A DNA stretch of 64,000 nt, taken from contig JACQQV010000028.1 in assembly GCA_016206785.1 (NCBI GenBank), positions 5,438 to 69,437 on the forward strand, in the 5' to 3' direction. The notes beneath the pieces are model-generated. The model did not search any database, had not been told where the DNA came from, and saw only the letters and a program-made list of their open reading frames with translations. Source of the stretch: Candidatus Omnitrophota bacterium. GTDB lineage: Bacteria; Omnitrophota; Gorgyraeia; JACQQV01. Both the position numbers and the translations under genes were made by a program. Positions 38,904 to 48,103 of the stretch are shown piece by piece. Numbering within the stretch: the first letter of the stretch is position 1; each line of letters opens with the position of its first letter.

Positions 38904-39662
38904 ATGGGAAAAATTCCTTTGAGTGTTGTGATTCTGGCGAAGAATGAGGAGAGGGGGATCGCCGATGCCCTTCAAAGCGTCGCTTGGGCCGAGGACGTTG
39001 TGGTCATTGATGATATGAGTAACGACCGGACACCGGAGATCGCAAAACGCCACGGCGCCCGTGTCATTCAAAAGAGGATGGAACTTGAAGGAAAACACCG
39101 CAACGATGCCTATGCCCTTGCGAAACATGAATGGGTTCTTTCTCTGGACGCAGACGAAGAGGTTTCTCCCGCGCTTAAGGCGGAGATCGCAACGGTTTTA
39201 AGCGACGATACCTACGCCGGATATTCGATTCCGCTCCGGAATTATATCGGAGATCAGTGGGTTCGTCATGGCGGTTGGTATCCTGCGGGTAAACTCCGAT
39301 TGTTTCGGAAAGAGAAATTCCGCTATGAAGAGGTGGGGGTCCATCCACGGGCCTTCTGTGACGGAAAGGTGGGAACCCTGAAGGGAGACATCCTCCACAA
39401 GGGGTATCCTGATTTTGGTCACTTCTTGGAGAGTCTCAACCGCCAGACCACGTTGGAGGCGGAGAAATGGTTTCAAGACAAAAGAAAGATGAATTTTTTC
39501 CTCTCTTTCTACAGGGCACTCGACCGTTTCATCCGGACCTATTTTCTGAAGAGGGGATTTCTGGATGGTTTTATCGGGTTCATGGTAGCGCTTTTCGCGT
39601 TTCTGTATCAAATGATGAGCTATGCAAAGTATAGAGACTTAAAACGACGAGACAAACGGTGA
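38904..39662 (+). CDS. family 2 glycosyltransferase (WaaE/KdtX-like or ArnC-like)
   Basis: LSVVILAKNEERGI...VVVIDDMSNDRT...LSLDADEEV (DxD) with a C-terminal amphipathic or hydrophobic tail. Confidence 0.7.
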   Translation: MGKIPLSVVILAKNEERGIADALQSVAWAEDVVVIDDMSNDRTPEIAKRHGARVIQKRMELEGKHRNDAYALAKHEWVLSLDADEEVSPALKAEIATVLSDDTYAGYSIPLRNYIGDQWVRHGGWYPAGKLRLFRKEKFRYEEVGVHPRAFCDGKVGTLKGDILHKGYPDFGHFLESLNRQTTLEAEKWFQDKRKMNFFLSFYRALDRFIRTYFLKRGFLDGFIGFMVALFAFLYQMMSYAKYRDLKRRDKR

Positions 39663-41737
39663 TAACGGCATTGGGTCACGTACTTCTTTTTTCCGGGATG
39701 AACGCGATGGTCGCCGCAACGACTTTTACTCTGGCAAAGTCTCTCTTTTCTTTGAAGGGAGGGAGAGACCTTCTCCTCGCAAGTTTCCTTTTGTATTTGG
39801 CAGAGATCTTCACTGTGGAACTTTTCTGGAGCACCTGGAATCGGATGCGCCTCCTCCCCATTCTTGGGACCGTTTCCCTCCTTTTTCTAGTCACGATTCT
39901 TTTTGGGCGGAGAAAAGCGGAGTCTTCCATTTCCAAGGAGTTTCAAGAGTGTCTTGGATGGATCACTCGGAATCGCATACTTCTTTTCACGGCATCGGTC
40001 CTTTTAGGTTTTTTGGTTACCAAGGTCATTTACAACCTCCGATATCCGCCGCTTGGCTGGGATTCGATCGGCTACCACCTCGTTTTCCCCGTGGAGTGGT
40101 TGAAACGGGGGAGAATTTGGTTTTATCAAGTCGTTTTTTCCGATCCTTCCCCCTCTTATTATCCTTTTATGGGAGGCCTCTATTATTTCTGGCTTCTCCT
40201 CCCGTTCCGAAATGCTTTCATGGCAGACCTCGGCCAACTTCCGTTTTATCTGGCTCTTCTCCTCGCGACCTATGGATTTTCTCGACGGATCGGCCTCGAT
40301 CGAGAGATCTCTCTCTATGGAGCTTTTCTATTCGGCCTGATCCCCAATGTCTTAAAACAGGTGGAAATCAGTTATGTCGATTTAATCATCGCCTCTTACT
40401 TTATGAGTGCTCTCTATTTTCTCTCTCTTCTAAGCCGGGAATGGAATTTTTCCCACCTCTTCTTTGTCTCACTTGCTTCAGGACTTTTAATCGGTACGAA
40501 AACCCACGGTCTCCTATGGTTCGCCCTCCTCTGTCCCTATTTTTTGGGAGTCGCGGTCAAGCACTTCCGTCGAAAGGGGGAAACCTTCCTTTTATATGGA
40601 GCCACTCTCCTCGGCGTGATACTTCTTTTCGGAGGGTTGAGTTATATACGCAATTATCTTTTGACCCAAAACATCACATATCCGATCTCTCTTCAGATAG
40701 GCCCTTATTTGGCAAAAGGTATCATTTCCTATGCGGATTATCGCTATAATGCGCATGGCGCTTTCCGTTGGGAGGAATTTTACTTTCATAACGGATTGGG
40801 GGTACAGCTGTTGCTTCTCATCACACCGGGACTTTTTCTGGCCCTATGGATGGAATTTTGGAAGAAAAAAGCGGACCTTGAAAGGGTGTACTGGGTTTCT
40901 CTCCCTTTTTTAATCTTTCTCGTTTTTTTGTTCGTAAATCCCTTTCCGGGGAACGAGCGTTATATCTATCATGGTCTTGCCTTGGGTTGTGTCGTTGCTC
41001 TCTCCGTTTTTGATCGATTGTTTCCGAAAAAAGTCGTACGGATTTTTGTCTTGGTCTGCGTGCTCGGTTCCGCCGCAGAACTTGCAGGCCATTGGGAACT
41101 TTTCTTTTCGCTGCTGGGCGTGGGACTTTTCGTGGGATGGGGAGAGATGTATCGTCGGGGTTTCCTGAGCCGGCGCCTTTCCAAATGGCCGGTCGTTTCC
41201 CTTTGCTCCATACTCGGAATCGCTGCCTTAATTTTCCTAGAAATCCTGTATCGGCAAAACGAGTTTAACCTGTATCCCCGTAGTCAATTCTCAAATTATG
41301 ATACCCGTCTTGCTGAAGCATGGAAATGGGTAAATGAGCACACCTCTTTAACCGGCTCGAAAGTTGCTTATGCGGGTTCCTGCCTTCCTTTCCCCCTTTA
41401 TGGAACCGGTCTTAAAAATGACGTCTCTTATGTCACCGTAAATGGAATACCTCCCAATCTTCATCTTTGCGACGGAGATTACCGTCGGGGGGCACGCTAT
41501 GAAACGTGGGAGAGAATGCTTCTTGAAGGGAAGATAGACCTCCTCATTGTTTATGATATGGTCTACCGACGGAACCTACCTCCTTTTAATCCGCGAAGGG
41601 TTGGTGTGGAAGAATATCCGATCGGTGTTTTTCCGTTGGAGGATGAATGGGCGAGGAATCATCCCGAACGACTGAAACCTGTTTTTCAAAATGAAAGGGT
41701 CCATATTTATACTGTTCAGAAAGAAGGGTTGACATGA
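39659..41737 (+). CDS. large polytopic membrane protein, putative GT-C-fold (ArnT/PMT-like) glycosyltransferase
   Basis: 692 aa; about 12 TM helices followed by a soluble domain of about 150 aa; placed immediately after a GT2 polyprenyl-P-sugar-synthase-like gene, as in ArnC/ArnT pairs. Confidence 0.4.
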   Translation: MITALGHVLLFSGMNAMVAATTFTLAKSLFSLKGGRDLLLASFLLYLAEIFTVELFWSTWNRMRLLPILGTVSLLFLVTILFGRRKAESSISKEFQECLGWITRNRILLFTASVLLGFLVTKVIYNLRYPPLGWDSIGYHLVFPVEWLKRGRIWFYQVVFSDPSPSYYPFMGGLYYFWLLLPFRNAFMADLGQLPFYLALLLATYGFSRRIGLDREISLYGAFLFGLIPNVLKQVEISYVDLIIASYFMSALYFLSLLSREWNFSHLFFVSLASGLLIGTKTHGLLWFALLCPYFLGVAVKHFRRKGETFLLYGATLLGVILLFGGLSYIRNYLLTQNITYPISLQIGPYLAKGIISYADYRYNAHGAFRWEEFYFHNGLGVQLLLLITPGLFLALWMEFWKKKADLERVYWVSLPFLIFLVFLFVNPFPGNERYIYHGLALGCVVALSVFDRLFPKKVVRIFVLVCVLGSAAELAGHWELFFSLLGVGLFVGWGEMYRRGFLSRRLSKWPVVSLCSILGIAALIFLEILYRQNEFNLYPRSQFSNYDTRLAEAWKWVNEHTSLTGSKVAYAGSCLPFPLYGTGLKNDVSYVTVNGIPPNLHLCDGDYRRGARYETWERMLLEGKIDLLIVYDMVYRRNLPPFNPRRVGVEEYPIGVFPLEDEWARNHPERLKPVFQNERVHIYTVQKEGLT

Positions 41738-42777
41738 AAATTTTGATTACAGGGGGGGCAGGACTTGTCGGGAGTCATGCGGCCGAATATTATGCCAAGA
41801 AAAAATGGAAGGTGATTGTTCTGGACAACCTTGCCCGGTCCAAACTCTTTAAGGCGGAACGGGAGAGTGTCGAGTACAACTGGAAATACCTTGCCCCATT
41901 TCGGAACATCCTACGCATTAAAGGAGATGTTCGAAACCGCAGTGACCTGAAACGCGCACTCGGCAGGGGGGTAGATGTCTTGTTGCACGCGGCGGGACAG
42001 CCCGGTGTCGGATTCTCCATCTCTGATCCTCGGGAAGATTTTAGCATTAATGCTTTTGGAACGCTCAATGTCCTCGAGGAGCTTAGAAAGGTATCTCCGA
42101 GGGCTGCGTTCCTTTTCTGCTCGACGAACAAAATTTATGGTGAGAATGTCGATGCCGTTCCTTTGAGAAAAACAAAAACACGATACTGTTTTGTGGGACG
42201 CAAAGGAATTGATGAGACATTCCCAATCGATCTGGCTGCCCATACGCCCTATGGGGTGAGTAAATATGTGGCAGACCTCTACACGCAGGAGTACGGTGTA
42301 CTTTACAAAATGAAAACGGGGGTTTTCCGAATGAGTTGCATCTATGGAACCCGTCAATTTGGGTTTGAGGATCAGGGGTGGGTTGCTCACTTTGTCATTC
42401 AGGCGGTGACAGGTCGGCCTCTCACGATTTTTGGAGACGGAAAGCAGGTGAGAGATGTTCTCTATGTGGAGGATCTTGTAAAGGCCTATGATCGCTTTAT
42501 CCAGAGCCCCTTGAAACAGGGTGTTTTTAATATCGGAGGGGGTGCGAACCACACGACATCTCTTCTGGAGCTCTTGGATCTCCTGAAAGAACAGCTCCCT
42601 TTCCGCTCGCCTGTTTCCTTCAGCAACTGGAGGGCGAGCGATCAGAAGGTCTATATTTCGGACATCGGAAAGATAAAGCGTCAACTGGGATGGTCACCCC
42701 GCATCGGCTTTCAAGAAGGGTTGGAGAGATTGATTCAATGGGTGGAAAAGAACCGGATGCTCTTTGAAAAACGATGA
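41734..42777 (+). CDS. NAD-dependent epimerase/dehydratase (CDP-paratose-2-epimerase- or heptose-epimerase-like)
   Basis: MKILITGGAGLVGSHAAEYY; YGVSKYVADLY (YxxxK); lies next to gmhB and the GT9 gene. Confidence 0.6.
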   Translation: MKILITGGAGLVGSHAAEYYAKKKWKVIVLDNLARSKLFKAERESVEYNWKYLAPFRNILRIKGDVRNRSDLKRALGRGVDVLLHAAGQPGVGFSISDPREDFSINAFGTLNVLEELRKVSPRAAFLFCSTNKIYGENVDAVPLRKTKTRYCFVGRKGIDETFPIDLAAHTPYGVSKYVADLYTQEYGVLYKMKTGVFRMSCIYGTRQFGFEDQGWVAHFVIQAVTGRPLTIFGDGKQVRDVLYVEDLVKAYDRFIQSPLKQGVFNIGGGANHTTSLLELLDLLKEQLPFRSPVSFSNWRASDQKVYISDIGKIKRQLGWSPRIGFQEGLERLIQWVEKNRMLFEKR

Positions 42778-43343
42778 AGAAGAAACCAAAATATATCTTT
42801 TTGGACCGGGACGGTGTCATCAATGTCGATGCCGGTAATGGGTATGTGGACAACTGGAAAAAATTCCGATTTCTACCGGGGTCCCTAAAGGCCCTCAGGC
42901 TTTTAAGAGAAAATGGGTACAAGGTCGTGGTGGTTTCTAATCAGGCGGGAGTCGCCAAAGGATTTTATTCTTTGAAAGACCTTCATGAGATGACGCAGCG
43001 GATTAAGCGGGCCGTCGAGGGACATGGGGGAAAACTCTCCGCGGTCTATTACTGTCCTCACCGACGGGAAGATCATTGCAGTTGCCGGAAGCCCCGGACA
43101 AGTCTTTTTAGACAAGCAAAGAAGAGATTCGGGATGAGATTTCGGGAAACCATTCTGGTGGGAGATTCCATGGTCGATGTTGCGGCAGGCAAAGCCCTCC
43201 GATGCAAAACCATCCTTGTCCTTTCTGGAAGAGAAAAACTTTCCCGCAGGTCAGCATGGAAAGTCAAGCCCGACGGCGTTCAAAAGAATCTCCTAGAGGC
43301 GGTCCGCTGGATTCTTCAGAGGGGGCATCGTTCCAAGCCATGA
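42774..43343 (+). CDS. gmhB: D-glycero-D-manno-heptose 1,7-bisphosphate phosphatase (HAD-IIIA)
   Basis: IFLDRDGVIN (DxDGT-like HAD motif I), VVVSNQAGVAKG, CPHRREDHCSCRKP zinc-binding loop, GDSMVD motif IV. Confidence 0.8.
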   Translation: MKKKPKYIFLDRDGVINVDAGNGYVDNWKKFRFLPGSLKALRLLRENGYKVVVVSNQAGVAKGFYSLKDLHEMTQRIKRAVEGHGGKLSAVYYCPHRREDHCSCRKPRTSLFRQAKKRFGMRFRETILVGDSMVDVAAGKALRCKTILVLSGREKLSRRSAWKVKPDGVQKNLLEAVRWILQRGHRSKP

Positions 43344-44461
43344 AAATCGTGATTGTCTATGCGTCGAGCGGGGCGGGTCATCAGAAATCCGCCGAGGCGC
43401 TTTTCAGAGTTGCCAAGGGACGACCAGGCCTCAGCGCCCTTCTCATCGATTCTCTCGATTATACAACACCTCTTTTCCATCTTCTCTATCCGAGGGCCTA
43501 TCTATTTCTCGTGAGATACCTTCCGACCGTGTGGGGATTTTTCTATGACGGACTCAACTTCGCCTTTATCGGCCACATCCTTAAATACCTTCGGCGGTTC
43601 CTCAATGCCATGAACGGAGGGGTCCTTGAGAAATTTTTCCTCTCCGAAAATCCGGATGTCATTGTCTCCACCCATTTTTTTGCAAGTGAGGTGGCCTCCA
43701 CCCTCAAGGAGAGGGGAAGACTTCATGCGCGGCTGTTTACGGTTGTGACGGATTTCAGCATTCATTCTGTCTGGGTCTCTCCCTTGACAGACGGATATGT
43801 GGTAGGTTCCAAGGATACGGAGGAGGCGCTTATCCGTCGGGGAGTTCCCAAAGAAACGATCTCTATCTTAGGAATTCCAATTGATCCTGTGTTTGAAAGG
43901 GAGGAGGATCGGGCGAATCTTTCACGGCAACTTGGCATCTTTCCTGAAAAATTCACTGTGCTTGTGGCGAGCGGCGGTTTCGGCGTCGGCCCGATTGAGA
44001 GTCTTGTCTCCCGGCTTTCCCGTGATGAGCGATTACAACTTTTGGTCGTCTGTGGCCACAACCGCCCCCTCTACAAACGCCTTACGGAAAGGACGGAAAG
44101 AATCAATCACCGTGTGAAACTCTTTGGATTCGTTCACAACATCCATGAACTGATGTCTGTAAGTGACTGCATGGTGAGTAAGTCGGGGGGGCTCACGATG
44201 TCCGAAGCCCTCGTCAAAAAACTCCCTTCCTTTATTCTTTATCCCATCCCGGGTCAAGAGACGGGGAATCGGGATGTCCTTGTCCGTCACCGAAGCGCCA
44301 TCACCGTGAGGAATATTCACGATCTTGAGAAGCGGTTTGAAGATCTTGACCGCCTTCAAGAGGAACTTGCGGGAGTGAGACGCCATATCGAGGCCTTCAG
44401 AAAAATCCAGGCAGCCCAACGCGTCATCGACCACGTCATTTCCAAAGAGGAAAAACGATGA
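43340..44461 (+). CDS. MGDG-synthase-like / processive diacylglycerol glycosyltransferase (GT28 family)
   Basis: MKIVIVYASSGAGHQKSAEAL N-terminal MGDG-synthase-type motif; C-terminal GT28 (MurG-like) region ...SKSGGLTMSEALVKKLPSFILYPIPGQE. Confidence 0.7.
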   Translation: MKIVIVYASSGAGHQKSAEALFRVAKGRPGLSALLIDSLDYTTPLFHLLYPRAYLFLVRYLPTVWGFFYDGLNFAFIGHILKYLRRFLNAMNGGVLEKFFLSENPDVIVSTHFFASEVASTLKERGRLHARLFTVVTDFSIHSVWVSPLTDGYVVGSKDTEEALIRRGVPKETISILGIPIDPVFEREEDRANLSRQLGIFPEKFTVLVASGGFGVGPIESLVSRLSRDERLQLLVVCGHNRPLYKRLTERTERINHRVKLFGFVHNIHELMSVSDCMVSKSGGLTMSEALVKKLPSFILYPIPGQETGNRDVLVRHRSAITVRNIHDLEKRFEDLDRLQEELAGVRRHIEAFRKIQAAQRVIDHVISKEEKR

Positions 44462-45168
44462 ACCCTGCTCTTCAAGAAGAACTTCGTAAACTCAGGCGTT
44501 CTTTGCAAGGTTTCCTTGAAGCCGAGAAGGGTTTCGGTGTGGAGGCGGTGATGGGAAAAGGGGTTGGCCGCGAGAAGAACGTTATGCACAGCGTTGTCTC
44601 TTTAGACAGGAATCTTGAGCCTCTCCGGCAAGAAGTTTCCGTCTGCATCAAATGTCCCCTTCATCAAGGTCGGCGGCAGACCGTTTTTGGAGAAGGATCT
44701 CCCAGCGCAAAACTCATGTTCGTCGGTGAAGCACCTGGAAGCGAAGAAGATCAACAGGGCCGGCCCTTCGTGGGGCAGGCAGGGAAACTTCTTACCAAAA
44801 TCATCGAGGCGATCGGCCTCAAACGGGAAGACGTCTATATTGCAAATATTATTAAGTGCCGTCCTCCTGGAAACAGGGCCCCTCTTCCTGAAGAGATTCA
44901 TTCCTGTGAACCGTATCTGGTGAGGCAGATTGAGTTCATTCGCCCAAGACTTATTTGCGCTCTCGGAAAATATGCGGCGATGGTCCTCGTTCGAAAGGAG
45001 GAATCGATCTCCCTTCTCCGCGGAAATTTCTACGATTATCAGGGAATTCCTGTGATGCCGACCTTTCACCCTGCCTACCTTCTAAGAAATCCCTCCGCCA
45101 AGAGACTCGTCTGGGAAGATATGAAGAAACTAAAGACCACCCTTGAGAAGTTGGAAACATCACCGTGA
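44458..45168 (+). CDS. uracil-DNA glycosylase, family 4 (4Fe-4S type)
   Basis: CIKCPLH...GEGSPSAKLMFVGEAPG...IIKCRPPGNR...HPAYLLR motifs. Confidence 0.85.
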   Translation: MNPALQEELRKLRRSLQGFLEAEKGFGVEAVMGKGVGREKNVMHSVVSLDRNLEPLRQEVSVCIKCPLHQGRRQTVFGEGSPSAKLMFVGEAPGSEEDQQGRPFVGQAGKLLTKIIEAIGLKREDVYIANIIKCRPPGNRAPLPEEIHSCEPYLVRQIEFIRPRLICALGKYAAMVLVRKEESISLLRGNFYDYQGIPVMPTFHPAYLLRNPSAKRLVWEDMKKLKTTLEKLETSP

Positions 45169-47156
45169 AAAAGGGTCTTCTCTATGCACAGGTCGTTCTT
45201 CCGCTTCCACTCGATCGCTCTTTTGACTACCTCATCCCTTCTTCCTTAATGAAGAAGGTCGGCATCGGAAAGCGGGTACGGGTTCCTTTCGGAAAAGAGG
45301 GGAAGGTGGGTTACATCGTCGGGTTTTCGTCAAGGAGCCCTCTTCCCCCGAAATCGGTCAAGCCCCTGGGTATGGTGATCGATGAGGAACCGCTCCTCGA
45401 CGAACGGCTTTTCGAACTCTCCAAGAGACTGCGCGATTATTATCTCTGTTCGTGGGGGGAAGCGCTTGAAGCGATGCTCCCGACCTCTCTTTTACCTCGC
45501 AAAAGGGGAATTCCCTTCTCCTCGGTCATGGAAGGTCCTCTCGAAACGGTCCCCTCTTTGAATGAAGAACAAAAGCGCTCCTTCCAGGAGATCGTCTCAC
45601 ATGTTGCCCAGGAAAGACCCGCCACCTTTCTTCTGGTGGGTCCAGAGGGAAGCGGTAAGATGGAACTGACCCTTCAGGTCATTCGCACCTGTCTCGAGAA
45701 AGAGCGCTCGAGCATCGTTCTTTTTCCTGAAATTTCTCTTCTCCGTAGAGAAGAGGAACGCTTTCGACGGCGGTTCGGAGAAAAAGTCTGTTCGCTTCAC
45801 AGCCAACTCTCTCCATTGAAGCGCTACGAGATCTGGATGTCCCTCAAAAAAGGGAATGGCCGTGTCGTGTTGGGGGTCCGTTCCGCCGTTTTTAGCCCTG
45901 TCCAACAGCTAGGGCTCATCGTTCTTTATGAAGAAGGTGATTCCAGTTACAAGCAGGAAGAATCCCCCCGTTATCATGCAAGACAGATTGCCTTGATGCG
46001 GTCAGAACTTGAAGGGTGCTCCATTCTTCTTGAAAGTTCGGTTCCATCGCTTGAGTCGTATGCCGAGGTGGAAAGGGGACGCTATGTTCTTTTGAGACTT
46101 TCGCGTACCTTTCCAGAGAAACATCCCCCCAGCATCCGTATTGTCGACATGCGGGAAGAGCTGCGCGATCAAAAGAGAAAGGTTCTTTTTTCAAAGGAAC
46201 TTGAACGAAAAATCGCGGAAGTGCTTAAAGAAAAAGGACAGGTCCTCCTTTTTTTAAACCGTCGTGGTTTTTCGACCTTCATTCACTGCCGTAAGTGCGG
46301 CTCGACCCTTCGCTGTCCCAACTGCAGCATTTCCTTGAAATACCATTTTGAGCCAAAGCGTCTCATCTGCCATTACTGCAATGTCCAGGAGAAAGCTCCT
46401 GAAATTTGTCCTGCCTGCCGGGAGAGTTATCTTCAATATTCAGGAGTAGGGACCGAGCGTGTGGAGAGCGAAATTCACCGTCTTTTCCCTGAGGCGCGGA
46501 TCGGCCGGCTGGATGCGGATGTTGCAAAAAGCGCGCGCTCGCAAGAGGAGGCGCTGACCTCGTTCCGTCGCGGAGAGGTCGATCTTCTCGTCGGGACACA
46601 GATGGTGGTGAGAGAACTGGTTCCCCAAGGGATACCCCTCGTTGGCATTCTTTCCGCAGACACCCTTCTGAATAGACCCGATTTTCGCTCTGCGGAGAGG
46701 ACTTTCGGTGTGCTCTCCCGTCTCATGAGTCAGGCGGCGAGAGCGGAGGGGACGGGGGAGGTGATCATTCAGACCTTCTCGCCGGAAAAGATCGCCTTTC
46801 TGGCAGATACTTCCCAGGATTACTCCGCTTTTTACCAGGAAGAGATCCGCTCCAGGAAGGAGCTCGGCTTTCCCCCTTTCGGTTTTCTGACCCAGATGAC
46901 CTTTTCGGGAAAAAAGGAAGAAAAGGTCACTTCTCTCTCCAACTCGTTTAAAAAATCTCTCAATCGTCTTAAGCAAAAGAAGAGACTCGCCCTCCTCGGT
47001 CCTGCACCGTGCCTCGTTTACCAGTTGAAGGGGGAATATCGGTGGCAGCTTCTCATCAAGTCTGAGAAACCGATCGGTGAGTCTCTCAGGAAAATCCTTA
47101 AACGTTCGCAGGAAAGCCGGGCCGTTAAAATTACAGTCGACGTGGATCCGCTATGA
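45165..47156 (+). CDS. priA: primosomal protein N' (PriA) homolog with degenerate helicase motifs
   Basis: N-terminal 3'-DNA-binding region; Cys-rich zinc-binding insert CRKCGSTLRCPNCSISLKYHFEPKRLICHYCN...CPACRE. Motif I reads GPEGSGKM (canonical GxTGSGKT); motif II reads IVLYEEGDSSYKQ (canonical IVIDEEHDSSYKQ); motif VI reads QAARAEGTG (canonical QVAGRAGR). Confidence 0.8.
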   Translation: MKKGLLYAQVVLPLPLDRSFDYLIPSSLMKKVGIGKRVRVPFGKEGKVGYIVGFSSRSPLPPKSVKPLGMVIDEEPLLDERLFELSKRLRDYYLCSWGEALEAMLPTSLLPRKRGIPFSSVMEGPLETVPSLNEEQKRSFQEIVSHVAQERPATFLLVGPEGSGKMELTLQVIRTCLEKERSSIVLFPEISLLRREEERFRRRFGEKVCSLHSQLSPLKRYEIWMSLKKGNGRVVLGVRSAVFSPVQQLGLIVLYEEGDSSYKQEESPRYHARQIALMRSELEGCSILLESSVPSLESYAEVERGRYVLLRLSRTFPEKHPPSIRIVDMREELRDQKRKVLFSKELERKIAEVLKEKGQVLLFLNRRGFSTFIHCRKCGSTLRCPNCSISLKYHFEPKRLICHYCNVQEKAPEICPACRESYLQYSGVGTERVESEIHRLFPEARIGRLDADVAKSARSQEEALTSFRRGEVDLLVGTQMVVRELVPQGIPLVGILSADTLLNRPDFRSAERTFGVLSRLMSQAARAEGTGEVIIQTFSPEKIAFLADTSQDYSAFYQEEIRSRKELGFPPFGFLTQMTFSGKKEEKVTSLSNSFKKSLNRLKQKKRLALLGPAPCLVYQLKGEYRWQLLIKSEKPIGESLRKILKRSQESRAVKITVDVDPL

Positions 47157-48088
47157 AAATTATTTTCTTTGGAACATCCGATTTCGCCATTCCGTCCCTT
47201 GAGGTACTTCTCCGTTCGGGGCATGATCTTGTGTCCGTTGTCACACAGCCGGATAAACCGGGCGGTCGGAACCGAGAGCTTCTTCAGGGTCCGGTGAAAC
47301 AGTGGGCGAGTGCCGCCTCCCTCCCGACCCTGCAACCGGAGGAACTCTCCGATTTTTCTTTCATGATGGGGCTTAAGAAAATGAGCCCTGAACTTTTCGT
47401 GGTTGTCTCCTATGGAAAAATTCTCCCACCTTTTCTGCTCGCGCTTCCACCGCACGGGGCGATCAACGTCCATCCCTCCCTCCTTCCCAAATACCGCGGT
47501 GCCAGCCCGATCCCTTGGGCCATTTTAAATGGCGACTCCAAAACAGGGATCTCCATTCTTCGGATGACGGAGAAGGTTGACGCGGGAGAAATTCTCCTGC
47601 AAAAGGAAGTGGGGATCGGAAAAGAAGAAGACGCCTCCCAACTTTCAAAGAGACTTTCAGCGCTGGGGGGCGAACTTCTTCTGGAGCTGCTTCGCAAGAT
47701 TGAGAAGGGGGAAGTGGAGGCTTTTCCTCAAAAGGGGGTAGTGACTTTTGCCCCCCGATTTAAAAAGGAGGAAGGACGGATCGATTGGAGGAGAAGCGCT
47801 GAAGAACTTTCTCGTCAAATCCGAGCGCTTGTTCCATGGCCCGGCAGTTTTACCCTTCTTCATGGAAAGCGGTGGGTCGTCTGGAAAGGGAAAGCGATCG
47901 GGGAGAAGAGAGAAGGGAAACCGGGTGAGATCGTCGGACTTGGCCCTGAAGGCATTGCCGTGGCAACGGGAAAGGGGAAACTTCTTCTGGAAGAAATTCA
48001 GCTGGAGGGAAAGGAAAAGATGAAAAGCGGCTCCTTTCTCCTGGGCCATCCCCTTCGTCTGGGTGAAACTTTTTCTTGTAATCCTTGA
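47153..48088 (+). CDS. fmt: methionyl-tRNA formyltransferase
   Basis: MKIIFFGTSDFAIPSLEVLL...VVTQPDKPGGRN...HPSLLPKYRGASPI, canonical Fmt. Confidence 0.9.
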   Translation: MKIIFFGTSDFAIPSLEVLLRSGHDLVSVVTQPDKPGGRNRELLQGPVKQWASAASLPTLQPEELSDFSFMMGLKKMSPELFVVVSYGKILPPFLLALPPHGAINVHPSLLPKYRGASPIPWAILNGDSKTGISILRMTEKVDAGEILLQKEVGIGKEEDASQLSKRLSALGGELLLELLRKIEKGEVEAFPQKGVVTFAPRFKKEEGRIDWRRSAEELSRQIRALVPWPGSFTLLHGKRWVVWKGKAIGEKREGKPGEIVGLGPEGIAVATGKGKLLLEEIQLEGKEKMKSGSFLLGHPLRLGETFSCNP

Positions 48089-48103
48089 AATTCGTGCTAT
48101 AAT
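48076..48103 (+). promoter_or_regulatory. sigma70-like promoter (-35 TTGTAA, 16-nt spacer, -10 TATAAT) upstream of the GalT-like pair
   Basis: TTGTAATCCTTGAAATTCGTGCTATAAT read directly; an A-rich stretch follows; it sits in the only sizeable gap (about 60 nt) after fmt. Confidence 0.45.

Noticed and set aside
39949-40749. 266-aa plus-strand ORF in an alternative frame inside the 692-aa membrane protein gene.
   Set aside because: It lies fully inside a well-supported polytopic membrane protein frame; its Pro/Ser/Arg-rich translation is typical of an off-frame reading of hydrophobic coding sequence.
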